This document shows positions 61,752-64,000 of a DNA stretch of 64,000 bases, piece by piece. Location of the stretch: positions 229,154 through 293,153 of the IMG/VR virus record IMGVR_UViG_3300021400_002728. The stretch is one strand, 5' to 3'. Made by a program: the position numbers and the translations under genes. Numbering within the stretch: position 1 is the first letter of the stretch; every line of letters starts with the position of its first letter. The notes under the pieces were generated by a model that had not been told where the DNA came from, did no database searches, and saw only the letters and a list, made by a program, of their open reading frames with translations. Origin of the DNA: a virus. Lineage: Duplodnaviria > Heunggongvirae > Uroviricota > Caudoviricetes.

Positions 61752-63608
61752 TTATCTCCTTATAAAGTACTGACTTTCTAAACCTTTAAGATAATGAACT
61801 ATATCATTAAATAAAGGTAATCCATTTGCTATTGTATATTGAGGTATAGAAATGATTAAGTTGTCTTCAGCTCTAGTCATTGCTACATACCAACATCTAA
61901 GTTCTTCTTCTTCATCATCTATATCATACTCAACACAGTCAAGTAAAATAGTAGTAGGCCATTCAAGACCTTTAGCACTATGGATAGTTGTAATTATAAC
62001 TCCACTCTCATCATCTTTATCTTTAACAGAATCAAGTGCAATATCATCAAGAAAATCAATTACGTTCTTATAACTTGCTGACATACTCTTAAGGATTTCA
62101 TAGATTTCTTGATCTCTCTTAATCTTTTCTAATGCATCAAACTTAGCACTGCTAGACATCTTTGTAGAGTTCTCAATCTTTGCTGTTCTTAATGCGAAAT
62201 AATATTCAGAAATCTTATCAAGTAACTTAGGTACATCATCAGTCATAGTCTTATAATCTTCAACCTTAGATACAAGCTCATTAAGATCATTACTGAACTT
62301 TCTAGTCTTAAACTTATCCCAGAATCTTTCTTCACTACTTACATCTGAAATATCTGTAGCAGCTTTAGCACCAATTCCAGGAATCAACTTAAGTACATTA
62401 AACCAACTAAACTTATCAGCCTTCTTAGTAGTGAGTGATAAGAATGATAACATATCATCAACTACTGCATACTCAGTAAACTTAAGACCACCACGCTTGA
62501 TAAATGGAATACCGGCCTTTGCAAGTTCATTCTCAAGTTTGAATGATGACATTGACTTACGCTCAATAATTGCTATATCACTTAAGTCATGCTTATGATT
62601 TGTATTAAGATCTTTAATCTTATTTATGATCCATTCTGCCTGATCTCTATCATCTCTATGGACCTTAATAACTGGCTTTTCACCATGTTTATTATTTGAT
62701 ACCATATTCGTATATGTCCAAGATCTGACATAATTGTTCATCATTGCATTAGTAGCATCAAGTATTTCCTGAGTAGATCTAAAGTTTGTACTTAATGAAA
62801 ATACTTCACAGTGTTCAAATGAATCTATAAAGTGCTGAATGTTCTGAACTCTAGCACCTCTAAACTTATAGATTGACTGTGAAATATCTCCTACAACAAC
62901 TATATTGTCGTTATATTTACTCATTCTAAGAAGCATTCTCAACTGAAGTTCATTAGTGTCCTGAAACTCATCTACCATAATAAATTCATAGGTTTTTGCG
63001 ATCTTTTCACAGATATCGTCCTTAGCAAGTAGATCGTTCATGTAAACTAACATATCATCAAAGTTGAACTTCTGCTGTTCCATTCCGGCTTTCTTAACTT
63101 CTGAGTATAATTGTCTAATTTCATTAGCATATTCAGAATACTTAGTATTATAAATGCACTGTTCTACTGTAGCATCTGTGTTAGTTATTCTAGAGAATAT
63201 TGTACCTAACTTGGTTGCGCTAGGAAAATTTTTCAGTTCTTCATAATATTCATTAGTACTCTTAACATACTCAATAAAAGTATTGTATTTAGAACCTGTA
63301 AGTATTTCAAATCCAGGCATAATGCCAATAGCTCGACCATAACGTCTAAGCATTAAGCCACAGAACTTATGATATGTAGATGCATATACATCTTTACATT
63401 TATCATTTACTTTAGAAGCTCTATACTTCATTTCTTCTGCAGCTGCATTAGTAAACGTAAGCATAGCAATTCTATTAGGTTCAACAAGATTAGCCAATAC
63501 TTGTATTCTACCAATTAGAGTAGACGTCTTACCACTACCAGCACCAGATAATACTGCTGCAGGTCCATAGGTATGATTTACTACTGCCATTTGCTCGTCA
63601 TTTAACAA
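61752..63608 (-). CDS. UvrD/PcrA-family SF1 helicase
   Basis: GAGSGKT, TFTNAAA, VDEFQDTN, VGDISQSIYKFRGA, TIHSAKGLEW and YVAMTRA. Confidence 0.95.
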   Translation of the reverse strand: MLNDEQMAVVNHTYGPAAVLSGAGSGKTSTLIGRIQVLANLVEPNRIAMLTFTNAAAEEMKYRASKVNDKCKDVYASTYHKFCGLMLRRYGRAIGIMPGFEILTGSKYNTFIEYVKSTNEYYEELKNFPSATKLGTIFSRITNTDATVEQCIYNTKYSEYANEIRQLYSEVKKAGMEQQKFNFDDMLVYMNDLLAKDDICEKIAKTYEFIMVDEFQDTNELQLRMLLRMSKYNDNIVVVGDISQSIYKFRGARVQNIQHFIDSFEHCEVFSLSTNFRSTQEILDATNAMMNNYVRSWTYTNMVSNNKHGEKPVIKVHRDDRDQAEWIINKIKDLNTNHKHDLSDIAIIERKSMSSFKLENELAKAGIPFIKRGGLKFTEYAVVDDMLSFLSLTTKKADKFSWFNVLKLIPGIGAKAATDISDVSSEERFWDKFKTRKFSNDLNELVSKVEDYKTMTDDVPKLLDKISEYYFALRTAKIENSTKMSSSAKFDALEKIKRDQEIYEILKSMSASYKNVIDFLDDIALDSVKDKDDESGVIITTIHSAKGLEWPTTILLDCVEYDIDDEEEELRCWYVAMTRAEDNLIISIPQYTIANGLPLFNDIVHYLKGLESQYFIRR

Positions 63609-63620
63609 AATACTTTCCTC

Positions 63621-64000
63621 CTAAAATAAATCCTCAAAACTTATTCCGCAGTTTTCAAAGGATTTTCTGATTTTGTTTTCAGCGTACTTGATCGTCCAAC
63701 GAATATGCTCTTCAGAAGCATTAAATTCTTTTGCGATCTCTTTTAATGTTTTACTATTAGTGAAAACACCATAGTAATCAGTAAGTATCTTAAATTCCTT
63801 ATTGTTAAGGCATTCTTTAACTTTTTCTATAACCTTCTCAGGATCAATTGTTTTAATAGTAACAAACTGAATTGAATCGAAGCTTACCTTATCCTCTTCA
63901 TGTTTCTCAGAGATTTTTCTGAGTTTATTTTCAAGAGAAGCGTACAAGTTCTTCTTAAGATTTTTGTTATCATCTTTATGACTACGAAGATACTCTAACA
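63621..64000 (-). CDS. Protein with a C-terminal sigma region 4-like HTH, partial
   Basis: The frame stays open to the window edge; CLNNKEFKILTDYYG...KTLKEIAKEFNASEEHIR. Confidence 0.7.
   Translation of the reverse strand, partial: LEYLRSHKDDNKNLKKNLYASLENKLRKISEKHEEDKVSFDSIQFVTIKTIDPEKVIEKVKECLNNKEFKILTDYYGVFTNSKTLKEIAKEFNASEEHIRWTIKYAENKIRKSFENCGISFEDLF

Noticed and set aside
1-64000. CRISPR arrays, tRNA/rRNA genes, IS transposases, structural virion genes
   Set aside because: None were recognised by eye; the periodic sequences at 30-32 kb and 45-46 kb are protein repeats. tRNAscan was not run.

Overview
This is an AT-rich segment of a large (jumbo-type) phage genome. Essentially all genes lie on the minus strand. 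The host is probably a low-GC Gram-positive bacterium, judged from sigma-A-type promoters, strong SD sequences, a class B sortase and lipoproteins. Most of the window is small hypothetical genes. Recognisable products include thymidine kinase, an NlpC/P60 hydrolase, PilZ and HD-GYP proteins, two SF2 helicases, UvrD, two RpoD-like sigma factors, sortase B and an ADP-ribosylglycohydrolase. The main discovery, missed by the ORF track, is two fractured FtsK/HerA-like ATPase genes. Gene B (39448->35231) begins with a 41-aa split-intein C fragment (...VFHN|SGKS) and is interrupted by four group I introns. Gene A (2164->1321) begins with a 12-aa mini intein C fragment (METAKRGLISHN|S). It then has a 21-nt stop-containing hairpin that resembles a T4 gene 60-style ribosomal bypass element, followed by a group I intron. 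Two free-standing Hint-domain genes (9380..9736 and 56718..57212) lack the catalytic intein ends. The first has class-3 intein Trp/Cys signatures and stops where the 12-aa fragment would take over, suggesting a natural three-piece, trans-acting intein. Two homing-endonuclease genes also share a covarying leader RNA with a kissing loop over the SD sequence. All calls come from manual reading; no database search or folding program was run.
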